Under the pieces are notes generated by a model, which was not told where the DNA came from, did not search any database, and worked only from the letters and a program-made list of their open reading frames with translations. A program made the translations under genes and the position numbers. Positions 12,100-25,814 of a stretch of 64,000 nt of DNA are shown here, one piece after another; position 1 is the stretch's first letter, and each line of letters begins with the position of its first letter. The stretch lies in contig JAQFVV010000004.1 in the NCBI GenBank assembly GCA_028023455.1, positions 6,572,001 through 6,636,000 on the forward strand, in the 5' to 3' direction. The stretch comes from Epiperipatus broadwayi (Eukaryota; Animalia; Onychophora).

Positions 12100-12595
12100 A
12101 TCTAATATAAGTATTGAATGTCTTTAGTTTAAATATTCCAAATACATTCAACTGTTCTAATTATAAATTTATTTAAATGCACATTGATTACGTAAGTAAT
12201 ATTTACTAAGGCTGTAAACCTCAAGAATATGCGTGTGAAAATGTGAAGGTAGCGACCTCTACAGGTTTTAACCACAAGCTTACTCTTTGGAAGAAAAGAG
12301 GGGAACCCTTCTTTACTTCAACCTACTTTCTATATGAATAGGTGAAGCTGAATTAGATCTAATAGCGTGAAACTATTCAATACTTCACTGATTAAGTCCA
12401 CAATTTCTATTACACATTAGTACTCGCAAAATCTTTCGATTTACAATGAGTCAAAGCTTGTGGTTATCTTCGCATATTCATGCGCATATTCTTGTGATTT
12501 ACAGCCTTAGTAAATATTCAACTGTTAGTAATAGCACACAGTTGAATGTATTTGGAATATTTAAATAATAAAAACATTCAATACTTATATTAGAT
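12100..12595. repeat. Small hairpin element (55-bp arms) interrupted by a family E insertion
   Basis: 12100-12154 is the reverse complement of 12539-12595. Confidence 0.8.
12157..12515. mobile_element. Family E composite with unequal inverted arms
   Basis: ATTTACTAAGGCTGTAAAC...GAATATGCG inverted at the two ends; 11-bp direct repeat ATTCAACTGTT (12146-12156 and 12516-12526); paralog at 22484-22643. Confidence 0.75.
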
Positions 12596-14039
12596 GAAGA
12601 CATAGTCCAAAGTATAAATACAGCTAAAATATCAGCATCACAAACATTCAGGAAAATACTATAATTTCAGTTTATGTAAAATTCCTAGCATATGTAAAGT
12701 GCAAAGCATTCGAGGTGCAATAGCAAGTCAATGTAGTCCTAATTCTCATGTGTCAAACTGTGTGAACATTGTTTTATTGTGTTTACTTTCATGGATGAAA
12801 AAATATTTTCATATTTTACACAATGGATATCATAAATTTACCTATAAAAAATCAATTGAGATACTATAACCAATCCAAGTAAAATTTACAAACTTCTTCA
12901 TTTAATTAAGAATTTCTAAAAAATCTTTGAATATTTTAGATATCCAATCCTTTACTAATATAGCAAGACATCCAGCAAATTTGATAAATAGATGTCTAAC
13001 TATTCTTAACTGAATGGTAATGATTTTAAAATAACCTAGGTAGATTAAAGCACAAACATAAAAAAAACTATAATATGATGTCACTTTCACCACTAATCAA
13101 GGTAATACATTTATGAAAACTTACGTTTTTTTTTTTTTTGTGATTTGTAAAACATTACCATGTTAAATCATATCTTTGTTGAAAATTTTTTGTTTTCTAT
13201 TAATACAACTGTTCTTCTTTTTTTTTTCTTTCAATTCTCATATTTTTTTCCTTTCAGTAAAAGATATTGCTTAATAACTGTATAAAATAAATAATATAAA
13301 ATCATTTATTTTATGAATACTCAATGGTTTAAGGTGTTTATAGATATTAATTGTAAATATGATATATATATATATATTTAATTTAAAAAATTCAATTATT
13401 TTTCTTTTTTTTAAAAGTAATATATTTTTTTTAAAAAAGAGAGAAGATAATTCAATACTTTAGAATCTCCTCTGGTTAAATACAGTATTAGCATTTTGTT
13501 ATATAAAAAAAATAATACATATATATAATATAAATAAAAACCAAAAAACTAGAAAAAACTTTTCAGCGTAGTAATACTTTCACAAAATGTTAAAATTAAA
13601 CAAAAGTAGTTCCTATCCTACAAGAAAATGATGCCTTCAAAGAATATCGAGACATCACAGATATGGAGATTCAGATGTTTGATATCTTTAGCTTACTTGA
13701 TAAGTCAAATTATTTGTGAAATGCAGGCATAGCAAAAGAGAATGGTGTGAGTTTCTGTGCTGGCATATGCTTGCAAATATAGTGGAATTAAAAAGAGGTT
13801 ATGAGATAAAAAAATTCCACAATTTAGAAGCGTATATTTAAAAAAGTGGAAAAGTATATTTGAAAATCTCTTATAAATCTAGTCTGTTACTTTTACGGTG
13901 GTGAGTTTTTTTTTTTTTTTTTTTACAGTATCAAATTGCTAAAATAATTTTGAAATAAGACTAAATTGCTATTTAAGATCTGAAATTAGGACAAACCTCA
14001 TAAAAAATCTATCTGATCACTTCCTGTAGAAAAAATTAA

Positions 14040-17000
14040 CCACAACTTTTTGCTGTGGCAAATATGTCAGACGCCATGGATTCCACGTGATAAACGTCAC
14101 GCACATATGCAGAAGCTACAAAGGGCCTCAACTTTATTGCTACAGCATGATAATAGAAGGCAAAATGCTTACATAAATTTATCTATGAATAAAAATACAA
14201 ATCAAAGTGTAAGATTCAACAGATCGACAGTAAATGATCTGATTAATTTAGACATACTTATGGACACCTTAGGAACCTATCTACATAATGGAGAAGAGCT
14301 GGTCAGAAGAAAGCTTTAGAAGAATCTTGGAGACATTCAATCAAACAATACCAAAAGGTCTATATTTCTCATTTAAATGTTTTTTTTACCAATCACTCGA
14401 TTCTAGCTATCATGGAAATTAATTGCTCTCTTTACAGATTTCCAAGAAATTTACTGTATAAAGTGATTACAGCAACAACATATGGGATTGCATACAACAG
14501 ATGGGGGAACATCCTAACCCCAGATATATTGCCATTGAATTTTTTGATGAAGGGCAGATAAATAGATTTGAAAAAACTATTATCATGCTAGAAAAATATG
14601 CGCTAGTCAAGATAGACTAGAATAGAGAAAACTACATAACAGGGATTATTAAAAACACCTACTTTCAATTATTGCATTAATAACTTTACAAAGTAATGGT
14701 ACCTTTTGGGTCAGTGGTGATGTCCCAACCTATGTATCTAAGAGATACACCTACACTGATACTAAGTAACAAAAACTGCGCCTAAACTAAAATGTAACTC
14801 CAAATGACATCCCTACATTAATTATGGATCAAGAAACCATGCTCCTCATAATAATATATGAAGTTAAACCTCAGTGCTTCAACTATAAAGAAAGAGGTTA
14901 CATCATAAATGCATGTCCAAAAACTGTCCACTCTGTAAAATGAGAACAAACAACAACACATCAATGCAAGAGAAATAATAATAAAAATATGCCACATGCA
15001 AATGGAGGAGTTTTAATCACTGGTATAAATGATGCTAACATAAATGACTTGATTAATTTTACCCCAAATATACCATCAGAAGATAATACACATATACAAC
15101 ATCAACTATCAGATCAACACAGTTCCATTCGACTAAAAGTCACAAGTGAAATTAGCAAAACCATTCCAGAAACAGTAATTCTAAACAAAACTTCACAAGA
15201 CATTATAGAATCAACAATATCTGGCCCAAAACACTCAGACATGGACTTAAATGTACTAACAGATAGACGTAAACCAGGTTGTCTACTAAAGCAAGAAAAG
15301 AGAAAGGAAAAGTGAATTCCAAACTATAGAACTGAATGAAGAGGCTTTACCACAGTCTCTGGACAATGCTAAAAAAAGTTAAAAAATCAACCAAAAATAT
15401 ATTAGATTCCATTGTGTGCAATCGTTATAATAGAAGTAAGTGAAACATGCTCAAATACAACAGCTTATGACAAGTTGGATTTGTTAGATGAAAGTCCAAT
15501 ATTTTTAGACAGAAATAAACACTCTTATTTCTACATAAATACATTAAATAAAGCAATGATGATAAAGATCGAGTCAGTTAATGTCAGAAGATTAAACTCT
15601 GTAGAAAAAAAACCCCTATAAACTCAGAAAATGGATTAACATTATCAGACCACACATAATTGGACTACTGGAGACAAAGATGAATAACAAATCACAAACA
15701 GATCCATCTACAATTCTATGACAATCAAGGCTATTCATTGTTATCCAGAGCCACATTCTCATCATCGGCTGGGGCAGGTAATACTAATGGAAGATTTTAA
15801 CATGTGGTACAATAAATTTGTTAAAAAATGGTTACACAGGCTGGCTTTTTCTCTCATGTCTGGAAGTTTTCTTTCACAAAACTCTGTTTCATTCAACAAT
15901 GGTAGACCTTCTTCTTTAATTGATCTTGTGTTTTATTCTCATTCTTTTCAGATCATTTAGCTGTAATGGTTTGTCTTAAAAATGATTTTTCATATAGACC
16001 CACAATCACTATAGTCAAAACTATTAAAATATTGCTCCCAGGTCAGTCTGTGTTCAGAGATATACATATCAATATTCAAAATTCATGGGTATGGATTTAG
16101 ACCCTGTTCAGAGATGGATTACCTTCATAAACATAACCTTGTACATAATTGATACAATAACAAGAAACCACCCACCTCAAGGATTTTAGCACTCACAGAT
16201 CATCTGCATAAAAGAATAATTCTTAGTGCTTCCACCGCAGAGGGTTGTACAAATGTAATAGCCATCAGAAAAGCTTATTGGTCAGCATGTGACTCGCTCA
16301 AAGAATATTTGGCAATAAAGAAGAGGAAAATATTCCTGAATCAAAGCCACATGTGGTCTAGATAGTACATTCACTGGGCTCTAGGTCAGGCTCCAACAAA
16401 CCAGGTTCCATCGGTTATTAATGTAGAAGAGCAAATTATTGCAGGTGATAATATGCTAGAGCCTCTACACTCATTCTACAAACACAACTTGCAAAGAGGG
16501 GAATTATTCACCCCCCCCCGAAAAAAAAACTTTCTGGGCCTACCAGAAGATAATATAGCCACTGTTCCAATAGATTTTGAAGAAAAGTTGTATTCAATAT
16601 CAAACTCATGTCATCCAGAGATACATAAAATACCTTGCTTTGTATACAAACACTTAAGTCATTTCATAGTAAAATATCTAGAAGATTTAGCCAACTTTCT
16701 AATCCAGAGAATTTATCACATTTATGGGCCCTATCCCATCTCATTGGTTCCATTCATTAAGAAGAAAAAAATTATAACCACATTTCAAAATCTCAGACCT
16801 ATATTAATGAGCCCACTTGTATCAAGATTCTGGAGTCAATAGTTAAAGATAAAATTGAGCCCTACATTCTGCCATTCTTGCCAAAAAATCAGTTTGCAAG
16901 GAAGGGATCTTCAATTGGGAAAGCAGCTTTTCTATATAAAACAGTGATTGACACAATCAGAAATGACAAAAAGTATGAACTAGTTGTAGTTCAACTGGAC

Positions 17001-18575
17001 AACAAATCAGCATTTGATATAGTACCAATTAATATCCTAATTAATACCCTAGCAGACACATCAATTTGCAGAGCACTAATCTACTTGATTACAAATCTTC
17101 TTTCAAGTAGAGTAATTCATATAGCTCCTAATGGGAAGTACGCACCATCCTTCACTTCATTTAACTCCATTCCACAAAGTTCACTACTGTGCCCTTCTAT
17201 TCACTTTTTAGAATAATCCTCTTCTTAGAGCAATTGAAAGTGAGATGACTGGAATATTCATACCTGCAATGAAGATTAATGTTATAGGTGTTGCATACAT
17301 GGATGATATTACTGCCTTTCTGCCCACAAAAAAAACAGATACCAAAACTAATTAAAATTCTTAATAACTACTCAGCAGAATATAAACTGGAGTTTAAATA
17401 AATTTGGTCTGTATTTACTGGATGCAAACAAGACCAATACTTCAAAGGAAAACGAGATCCATTCCTGGGATTTCCATTTCATTTAAGCAACTCTGAAATG
17501 CAATCACAGATACAGAGGAAATTAATGAATAAATTTGAGGATATAACTAATTCTCTATCCAAATCATACATATCACTTTATGCCAATGTAGCCCTCTTCA
17601 ATCTTTTAATAGTAACAAGAGTTATGTACTATACACCCACGATAATATACACAAAAGCTTTTACAGCAGAAATTTATTCAATGTGGAGGATATTTGTGAA
17701 AAAAAAATAGTGTCAATATCCCTAAGAAAAATTCTGCACCCTCTATCTGAAATGGATTAGACCTATACAACATTTTTCAAATTCAAAAAAACATTTAATC
17801 TAATATCATCAAGTGCCAGAATTTTCCCGTATCTGGAAGTTGCACTCAAAATCACACCCACAGTCAAACCACTACCTACAAGTAACTTCTGAAATAAGTT
17901 CTTCATTATTAAGCATCCTCAATATAACAACCCCCCTTTCCAATGATAATGGAAAAACTTATCTTAACTTAACAAGCAGTTGACAAAAAATTTCAAATAT
18001 TGGTCATTGGAATTGTGCCAATGTTGAAGATATATGCAAGATGTGCCAAAGAAAATCAGAAACCCTATCACACTTATTATTCACATGCCCCAGATTCAAT
18101 AATATCCAATGGGACATTCCAAAAAATTTTAAAAATAAGGAGTACAGAATACAAACACTTTTCCATACTTTTGAAAAATGTATTTATGGACACATTTGCT
18201 CTAGCACATTTGTATTATACTCATTATGGTATACCAGATGTACACTTACATATGGACCAGACACAAAACACCCTAATACATTTAGAAACAAAATTGATAT
18301 CATATGCACAAGGGATGAAAAAATTTCATCATCCAACATTTTTTTAAGACCCTTGGTCAATAATGTGACTTTGCTCTAATCTATAAAAATGACTCATCAT
18401 TGCCAAAAAACTAAAACACCAAAATTAGTGACAAAAAGAGTAATGATGCATTAATATATGTAAATTGTTATAAACTGATGCAGCAATCAGGAGAATGATA
18501 AGGCCGGACCAAGATTGTTATTTCTCACCCCCCCCCCCTTTTGTACACCTATACATGAATAAAGCCTTTTGAAAC
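14040..18575 (+). mobile_element. Near full-length degenerate L1/Tx1-like LINE (ORF1 zinc knuckle, APE endonuclease, RT, C-terminal Cys/His domain)
   Basis: PQCFNYKERGYIINACPK knuckle remnant near 14870; IESVNVRRLNS EN start near 15560; RT motifs (LRPILM, QLDNKSAFDIVP, IPQSSLLCP, AYMDD) at 16750-17330; CQRKSETLSHLLFTCP near 18041; C-rich tract and AATAAA near 18560; many stops and frameshifts. Confidence 0.88.
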
Positions 18576-18810
18576 ACAAATCTGCATTACATTCTATATT
18601 TCTTAAAATGCACAGAATTAAAATTTCCAATATTATAAATAATTAGGTGTAGATGCTATGATAAAACTAGCAAGGAAGCACATCACCACACTGCCTTCTG
18701 CATTCACCCACCCCCCCCAAGTTAAACTTTTTAAAATAGTAATTGTTATTTATAACATATTAAATACATGTTTTTGGTTTTTTTTTTAAAAAAGAATGTT
18801 AAAAGAGTAG

Positions 18811-18921
18811 TCTTGCATTGGTGGTCGAGAGGTCAGCGCGACTGCCTTGCACTAGCATGCAGTTGCCCGGGTTGCGGGTTCGTGTCCCGGTCGATGCTAT
18901 GACACTTAAAAAAAAAAAAAA
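18811..18921 (+). mobile_element. tRNA-Gly-derived SINE, CpG-rich subfamily with expanded anticodon loop
   Basis: GCATTGGTGGTCGAGAGG head, duplicated GGGTT before the B box, TATGACACTT tail and A-tail; sister copy at 29911-30022. Confidence 0.9.
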
Positions 18922-19262
18922 CGAGTCAAGGAAACAATTTTGTTATTAAATAATCTTTTTTTTTTTTTTAAAAAAAAGCAAATAAAATTAGTTAAAAAAT
19001 ATTTTAACATTTAAAGATTAACAAATATAAAAGCAGTGTGTATGCATTAATGACAATGCAGTCAATGATTATTAAAAAGATTAACATAGAATCTTGACAT
19101 TACATAATAATATTTGCAATACAGGCATTCTTCATATACCTGTAGTTTAATTGTAAAATATAGGGGATTTGAACACAGACTTTCAAGCACCCTTCATCTA
19201 GCCACATTATCTCATATCACTGATACCCATGACCACACACATGTAGAAAAGATAAATAACCA

Positions 19263-19304
19263 CCAATAAAAGTATTTCGTGCTGAATCAGCACTCATCAG
19301 TTGG
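19263..19304 (-). ncRNA. Hammerhead motif, family A (intact core and stem II)
   Basis: Reverse complement reads CCAA-CTGATGA-GTGCT(gattc)AGCAC-GAAA-TACTTTT-A-TTGG; stem III decayed. Confidence 0.8.
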
Positions 19305-19415
19305 ATCACATTATCATCTGCCACACACAGCCTGTCCATTAGAGTATGAAGATTTGCTTTTTAATATAAACTGAGCACTGATTATATATATTTGTGTGAC
19401 AGATGATAAACTGGA

Positions 19416-19457
19416 CCAACTGACGAGTGCTGGTTCAGCATAAAATATGTATATTGG
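19416..19457 (+). ncRNA. Hammerhead motif, family A (G12>A)
   Basis: CCAA-CTGACGA-GTGCT(ggttc)AGCAT-AAAA-TATGTAT-A-TTGG. Confidence 0.72.
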
Positions 19458-19849
19458 TGATTATTTATCTTTTCTACATGTGTGTGGTCATGCATATTGG
19501 TGGTATGAGATAGTGTGGATAGATGAAGTGTGCTTGAAAGCCTGTGTTCAAATCCCCTAGATTATATAATAAACTGAAATATATCTAACTATGCAATTTA
19601 AAATGGCCTCATATATACAGTTTAGGTATAATACTCCGATTTTAATTAGAGATTTATTATTTTAATAAAATGTTTATTTATATTTTATTTTTTAAAAAAA
19701 AAAAACATTGAAATTTTTTTAGAAAATTTGAGAAATATTTGCAGAAATATTATTTGAAAAGTTTCATAAAATATTTATTGTTTAATATATGATTTTTTGG
19801 TAATATATCGTCTAATCATCCATACCTTCGATGGCACTGTTGCTACTGA

Positions 19850-20330
19850 AAAAAACAGCATATTTCTGATGTGAAGTAATGATGTGATATACTATGGCTT
19901 CTCCTTAAACGAAGTCAAGAATATCTCAGCAAACCTGTTAGCCATTTAATTTTCTATTCCCCACTCTAAGTTTTCCCATATTCTGCTCCATCTCATTTCC
20001 ACAACATAATCTTTGTCAACTCTATGGCCTTTATATATAAATCCCCCTTATCTTTTCCCAAACCCAGCATAAAAACCAATAATTCACTTTCCGTATAATC
20101 ACTTTTTTCATATTTATTCTTCCGTAACTTCATTATATGTAATCTTTCTGTTTTCAAGCATTTACATTCAATTAACAAATATCTAATATTTTCTATTCCT
20201 TCCTTACATAATTTACAAAATAAATCATCCACATTTTTCTATTTACATGTATATTCTCTTGTTGCTAAAGATCCCGTTCGAGCCTTAAACAATACATTAC
20301 TTTCCTTACTATTGTCATATATTAACATGC
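19850..20330 (-). mobile_element. Non-LTR retrotransposon C-terminal fragment
   Basis: RTGSLATREY...FCKLCKEGIENIRYLLIECK, a Cys-rich ORF2 C-terminal signature. Confidence 0.7.
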
Positions 20331-20513
20331 ACCTATATTCTGTTTATTTCTATATATATTTAAACTCTTTTTTTTTCAAGAAGAATTTAAAATAAATTTA
20401 TAAATTAAAAATAATAACCACCTATATTCATTCTGTTTATTTCTATATATATTTAAACTCTTTTTTTTTCAAGAAGAATTTAAAATAAATTTATAAATTA
20501 AAAATAATAACCA
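20330..20513 (+). repeat. About 90-bp tandem duplication
   Basis: 20330-20418 repeated at 20419-20511 with a 4-nt insertion. Confidence 0.85.
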
Positions 20514-20772
20514 TTCTATACATAATCATAATAAGTTTGCTTTAGTCCATATACAAATAAAAAAAAAACTTTTCCACATTATTCAATGCTAAATTATTAA
20601 ATGAATGATAAAATTAAAAATTAGATCAGCAATTTCTTTTTTCTTATCTAAAATAAAATTGAAAGTAATAATTTTATAAAATTACCCATTATTGTAAAGT
20701 ATTTTTTGCATAAAAAAAGCAGGTTCAACTCTGACAATATTATAAACTTTAATAAAATTTACATGAATAAAC

Positions 20773-21299
20773 TATGTAATAACTGAAACAGACAGGTTTA
20801 TTATAACCTGTGTCTATATATGTAATATATAGGTATATGAGCACAGACTTTCACACCACTCTCCACACTATCTCATAACACTGATACACTTGAACACATA
20901 TATGTTGAAAAGATAAATAATCACCAATATACGTATTTCATGCTAAACCAGCAATCATTAGTTGGTCCAGATTACCATCTCTACACATATATGCTATAAG
21001 TGCTCAGATATATATTAAGATAGCCAAATCTCATACTTTAATAGACAGGCTTCAATCTACTCCACAGTCCAACTCTTCAACCATCCATCCAATTAAAAAT
21101 CTGATGATGGAATGCTCAAAGGTCACCCTGAGGCTGATATTCTTGTCACACCCATGTTGACTTAAGGTCAATCTGATCCCTCATGCATAGGACATAATCC
21201 ATTTAATATATATACAAGGGATGGGCAGACATCTCTATTATGTAATAACTGAAACACCCAGGCTTATTATATATCTATGTCTATATATGTAATATATAG
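20773..21299 (-). mobile_element. HHR family A, more than one monomer (466-bp unit plus about 60-bp terminal redundancy)
   Basis: TATGTAATAACTGAAACA...ATGTAATATATAG occurs at 20773 and again at 21239. Confidence 0.9.
20924..20965 (-). ncRNA. Hammerhead motif, family A (G5>A, perfect palindromic stem III)
   Basis: Reverse complement reads CCAA-CTAATGA-tTGCT(ggttt)AGCAt-GAAA-TACGTAT-A-TTGG. Confidence 0.75.
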
Positions 21300-21955
21300 A
21301 GCAATTTTATAATTTTATTTTTACAAACTATCCAGAAAAATTAATGGTTTGTGGGATCCACAAAAATTGAATATTCAAACAGATAACATATTCATAAATC
21401 AGATATCTGTTGAAAATATCAAAATGTTGATCCATATCCCTTAATACTACACGACATAAAAGATATTAATGAAAGTAAAAGATATGATAATATATACAAT
21501 ATAAGATTTTTTTTTAAAGAGATGTAATCATAAAAAGAAGGTAAAAGAAATGAAATCATAAAAAGATGGTAATGAGTATCTGACAGAAATAAATGGTCTC
21601 ATAATGTTGTTAATTGACTGCTTTGAGATTGACAATCAAAAAAGTGATAAATGCAATGATTAAAAAAAGAATAACATCTACTTGAAGCACTCACACTCAA
21701 TAATCAATGTTTAGTGAAATGATTAATATTATGAGATTGTATGGGAAAAAATTGGAAGTCAAAAGTGAATATTTTATAAAAACAATTGACTGTGAGTTAT
21801 GCAAGCCAAACATTTATGGACAAAACAAAATTCTCATAATTTGAATATCATGACATAGTATTTTCTTACTCCAAAGGTTATTACTAATGGCTATATCCCA
21901 GCTTTAAACTATTTTGATAATTCATTTTATTCCATGGTATAAACTTTACTTCTAA

Positions 21956-22079
21956 GATCACAATACTCCAATACATGCAGCCCAAGCAATAAAATATTAC
22001 TTTGAGAAATACAATAATGATGTTACACATTTCCCAGAGCCTTCCTGATAACCTGATTTAGTTATAAATTTCTGAAAGT
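21956..22079 (+). pseudogene. Tc1/mariner-like transposase remnant
   Basis: Frame reads DHNTPIHAAQAIKYYFEKY...HFPEPS**PDLVINF*K, resembling the DNAPxH...WPxxSPDLNxIE motif. Confidence 0.55.
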
Positions 22080-22483
22080 AAATCTGAATGGAGGTTCAAA
22101 CCCTTCCCTGACATAGTTTAATATTCCCAAGGACACTATTCAAATATTGTATAATTTCCACCCCACTCATGCAGTTCTTGATATACTGATTGTTTCACAT
22201 TATATTATTAAATGATATCATCAGTACCCCCCCAATATCCAGTTGTTACATTTTTAAATATATATCACATGTATAGAAATGCATCAGATTATAAGAAAAT
22301 ATTTTCTACGATGTACTTGATTTTGCCAAAAAAGTTGTTTTTGTGAATATTAATTGCTTTTACATGAAGCATAACCATACTATAAGTTAAAATTTAAAAA
22401 AGGGTCATCAGACCAATATACATATATATAAATTTCATTTTTTGTGATTTATAACAAAAGTTAAATGAATTGCTAATAATCTA

Positions 22484-22643
22484 TTTACTAAGGCTGTAAC
22501 CTCAAGAATATGCATGTAAAAATGTGATATTAGGGACCTCTACAGGTCTTAACCACAAGCTTACGCTTTGGAAGAAAAGAGAGGTTACAGCCTTAGTAAA
22601 TATTACTTACATAATCAATGTGCATTTAAATAAATTAAAATCT
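22484..22643. mobile_element. Family E composite, second copy
   Basis: Same arms as 12157-12515, but the 40-bp extension is on the opposite side. Confidence 0.75.
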
Positions 22644-23563
22644 TAATCTAACATTTGCGATGTCTTTTGATAATTATATATAAAAAAAACATGTTCTATT
22701 TTAAATATTCCATCTTGAATTAAAGATTTCTTCAAAGCCACAAAAAAACAAGAATTTGGTAATCTTAACAATAGGAAACAAAGCATTAGTGATTATCTAT
22801 ATTGTTTCATGGAAAAACAAGTTTTGTCCTAAAGATCCAAGAAAACCAAAAATTCTGCTGCTCAGCCTGATTTTGGATTCAAAATTAAGTACAGATTTAC
22901 TCAAAGCAAACTTTTCATGAGTTACTAATTATTTATAAAATATTACTATATAATTTAAAAAGGAATGTTTTTTTTTCCAGCTATATATTATATCCTGAGT
23001 GCTGAAAGTGTCAGAAATGTAATGATCTTCAGGTATAATGTTAAGGGTAAATGCCAACAAGCATTGTCTGACTAAATTCATATTTTTTTGTTTTGTAGGA
23101 TAAAATGTTAGCTCAGAAAAAGCTATATACTGTTTCTGCTACTCTTTTAAGTTTTCTATCTATTCTTTTTTCTCTCATTATCTTTCCATTTTTTTTATCT
23201 TACAATTTCCAGCCTCTTAGGTTAATATATGGTCAAGTCATTGTGAGTCTCTCATACTATCAATCATCTCTGCACTAACCGTGTGATAACAGTATTGGGT
23301 GTTTGTGCAATCATATTTCCATCTTTTAGTTATATTGATAATAAGTTGAGAGGTTGCCATTCTCTCGCATGTGCCTACTGTTGCTTCTCAAACAGCCAAT
23401 CAGATGTTAAGACAGCAGTCTGGAGATCTTTTAGTTATTTACACAACAATTCTGAATCTAATTTTTACACTACATACTATGCATAAATATTTATACTATG
23501 AATACATTTATCTGTGAGAATATATATACTGTGAGAATATATATATATATATATTAAAGCAAT

Positions 23564-24370
23564 GGATCATCAAGATACAGACACATAATATTATCATATT
23601 CTGAAGAACATTTATCAAAATGCAACAGTAATGATTAGATTACATGATTGGATTACAATGGGAAGTTAAAAGAATAAAAGTAAATAGATATTATTTAAAG
23701 TCATCTAGATTTTACTTTTGATGTGGTTGATTTTTCAAGCAATGTAGCAAGAGTCGTGAGATGAAAGTAAGAAAGTAGGACTAAAGATAAATTCTAAAAG
23801 AACTAAAGTAATATTCAATGGATTTTCTCAGACAAAAATAAAAATTGGTAATCATGAATTAGAAAAAGTTAACAACTATACATAGCTTGAACAGATTATT
23901 AATGTAGACAAAAATATTATAGAGGAAATTTATCACAGAATTAAATTTGGATGGAATGCTTTTGATAGATTTTTAATAAATGTGTTTCACCAATTCTTAC
24001 TTTGGAGACTTAAGCACTCAACAAGATATAAAATGATGTTAGGAGTAGTAAGAAGATAACAAAAATAAATACAGGGGCGAGAGAACAAATAAGTATCACT
24101 GACTTTGTTGAAAAAATAAGAAACTGAATTGGAGATGGACTGGACACCTTACTAAAAGATATGATAATAAATTAATAGGCAGTTTTGAACTTTTAAATGA
24201 CCCCAAAAGATTGCATATAAAAAACCCTAGAAAGAACATATATCAGATGAATAAAATAAGAAAGCTTGCTCTAATATGTTGTGGAGAAAAGAAACTAGGA
24301 ATCAGAGTAACTGGATTAAACTTGGAGAGATCTTCAACCTGGATTGGTCAATAATAATGATGATATTAAA
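23564..24370 (+). mobile_element. Degenerate RTE-clade LINE 3' portion
   Basis: Decayed paralog of 30850-31365 (RT remnant, CTTGGAGAGATCTTC end and TGA-rich tail). Confidence 0.7.
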
Positions 24371-24812
24371 CCAGCCAAATAAATTTCAGACTTAAATATA
24401 TATTCACCCATGTTTATGCACAGAAAGTGAAGTGATAGTTATCAAAATCCTATATATATTTTGGTTTAGAATTGAGCTTGGCATTCGTGTGGCGGACTGT
24501 CTTTATATATATATATTTTGCAGTTGGGTTAGTCTTTTTATTCCATATATTTAAAAGCATGATTGTATATATCTCGGATATATATTATTTATAATTAAGT
24601 ATAAATCTTTTAAGTTATATATACACATACAAGTATATATGAATGTGTAAGAATATATACATATCTATATATCAATAAAGTCATTGTCCTTGAAAATAAT
24701 GAGACAATTTTATTAGAATGGAAGTCCATGATTGTAATCTTGTACAAGGCAGTATTACTCAATGAATAAGTAAACATCTAAACAGAATTTGAGCCAAGAT
24801 TTTTCCTTATAG

Positions 24813-24968
24813 TCTGGACCAACTGATGATTGCTGGTTTAGCATGAAATACGTATATTGGTGATTATTTATCTTTTCAGCATATATGTGTTTAGGTGTAT
24901 CAGTGTTATTAGATAGAGTGGAGAGAGGTGGGTGGTGTGAAAGTCTGTGCTCATATACCCTATATTAC
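24813..24968 (+). mobile_element. HHR family A, 5'-truncated copy A4
   Basis: Sense arm starting just before the HHR and ending at CCCTATATTAC. Confidence 0.88.
24819..24860 (+). ncRNA. Hammerhead motif, family A (best preserved copy)
   Basis: CCAA-CTGATGA-tTGCT(ggttt)AGCAt-GAAA-TACGTAT-A-TTGG; stem III ATACGTAT, AUA site after 24856. Confidence 0.85.
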
Positions 24969-25472
24969 TTAGCAAATAATTGTAAGTTTACTCCCTCCTA
25001 TTTAGAAGCACTCAGCTTACCATGAATGTTGAAGAACCTAAAAAAGATTTGTTAAAACCGTTTTCACAAAGTATGGTTAAGTAAATAATTAAATGGTAAA
25101 AATACTTCTAATATTAATAATAATAGTGGTAGTAAAGCAGAGGTGGTGGTGAAATAAAAACTAGTATTTTTTTTTTTTTTCGTAAATGAAGCTCTCAAGA
25201 CGCCAAACTAATATAACAGTTCTGAGTGAAATTCATCTTTCAAAAAAAAAAAAAAAAAAATGTAATTAAACAGATTCACAGATATACATTTTTTTGGAAA
25301 TGTAGATTATCAAATGAGAGAAGAATGTGACATTATTTTCACTATAAGACTAACTTGTTATTTTCTATTATTCTTAGAATTGTTTAATAATATTACTGTA
25401 TCAAATAGTAACAACTTCCTGAAAAGTATTTTATGGTTACCTTGAACATAGTTTTCATAGAAGAGAAAGATC

Positions 25473-25814
25473 AATTTTCCTCATCTATGGTCTCTGGATG
25501 CTCCGATGTGCCATTATCTTTGACCAGAGAGTACATCCAGTCAATCAAAAGCTTTTGGACCTAATTTGCTCTCTCAAAACCAAAGATAACAAACTAGCCC
25601 CACCTCCACTCCTCACAGACACTTGAGAAATCCTCCAACTCCCATCATCTCAGCCTTCCCCTTTCCACTTCCCATTCCCTTTTCACATGTATCCTTCCCC
25701 TGTTACCATGTTGCTCCTAAAATTTCAATTTATCTTATAATCACTCCCTTGTAAACCTTTTCTAACTGTATCTGTTTTTTTTATTTTTATGAATAAACAT
25801 TCATCACTGAGAAA
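25473..25814 (+). mobile_element. 5'-truncated L1/Tx1-like LINE 3' end
   Basis: Paralog of 5157-5695; TSD AAGAGA(A/C)AGATC (25461-25472 and 25815-25826). Confidence 0.8.

Larger units (their letters stand above)
19155..19565. mobile_element. HHR family A composite insertion A2 (divergent arms, two HHRs)
   Basis: Antisense arm to about 19328, sense arm from 19329; no clear TSD. Confidence 0.88.

Noticed and set aside
12430-12490. ATGAATAT...CGAAA on the minus strand as another A3-U8 HHR
   Set aside because: Stem II does not pair, and the ATGAATAT is an internal duplication of GAATATGCG.
22170-22230. CTGATGA...GAAACAATC on the minus strand
   Set aside because: No stem I pairing and negligible stems II and III.
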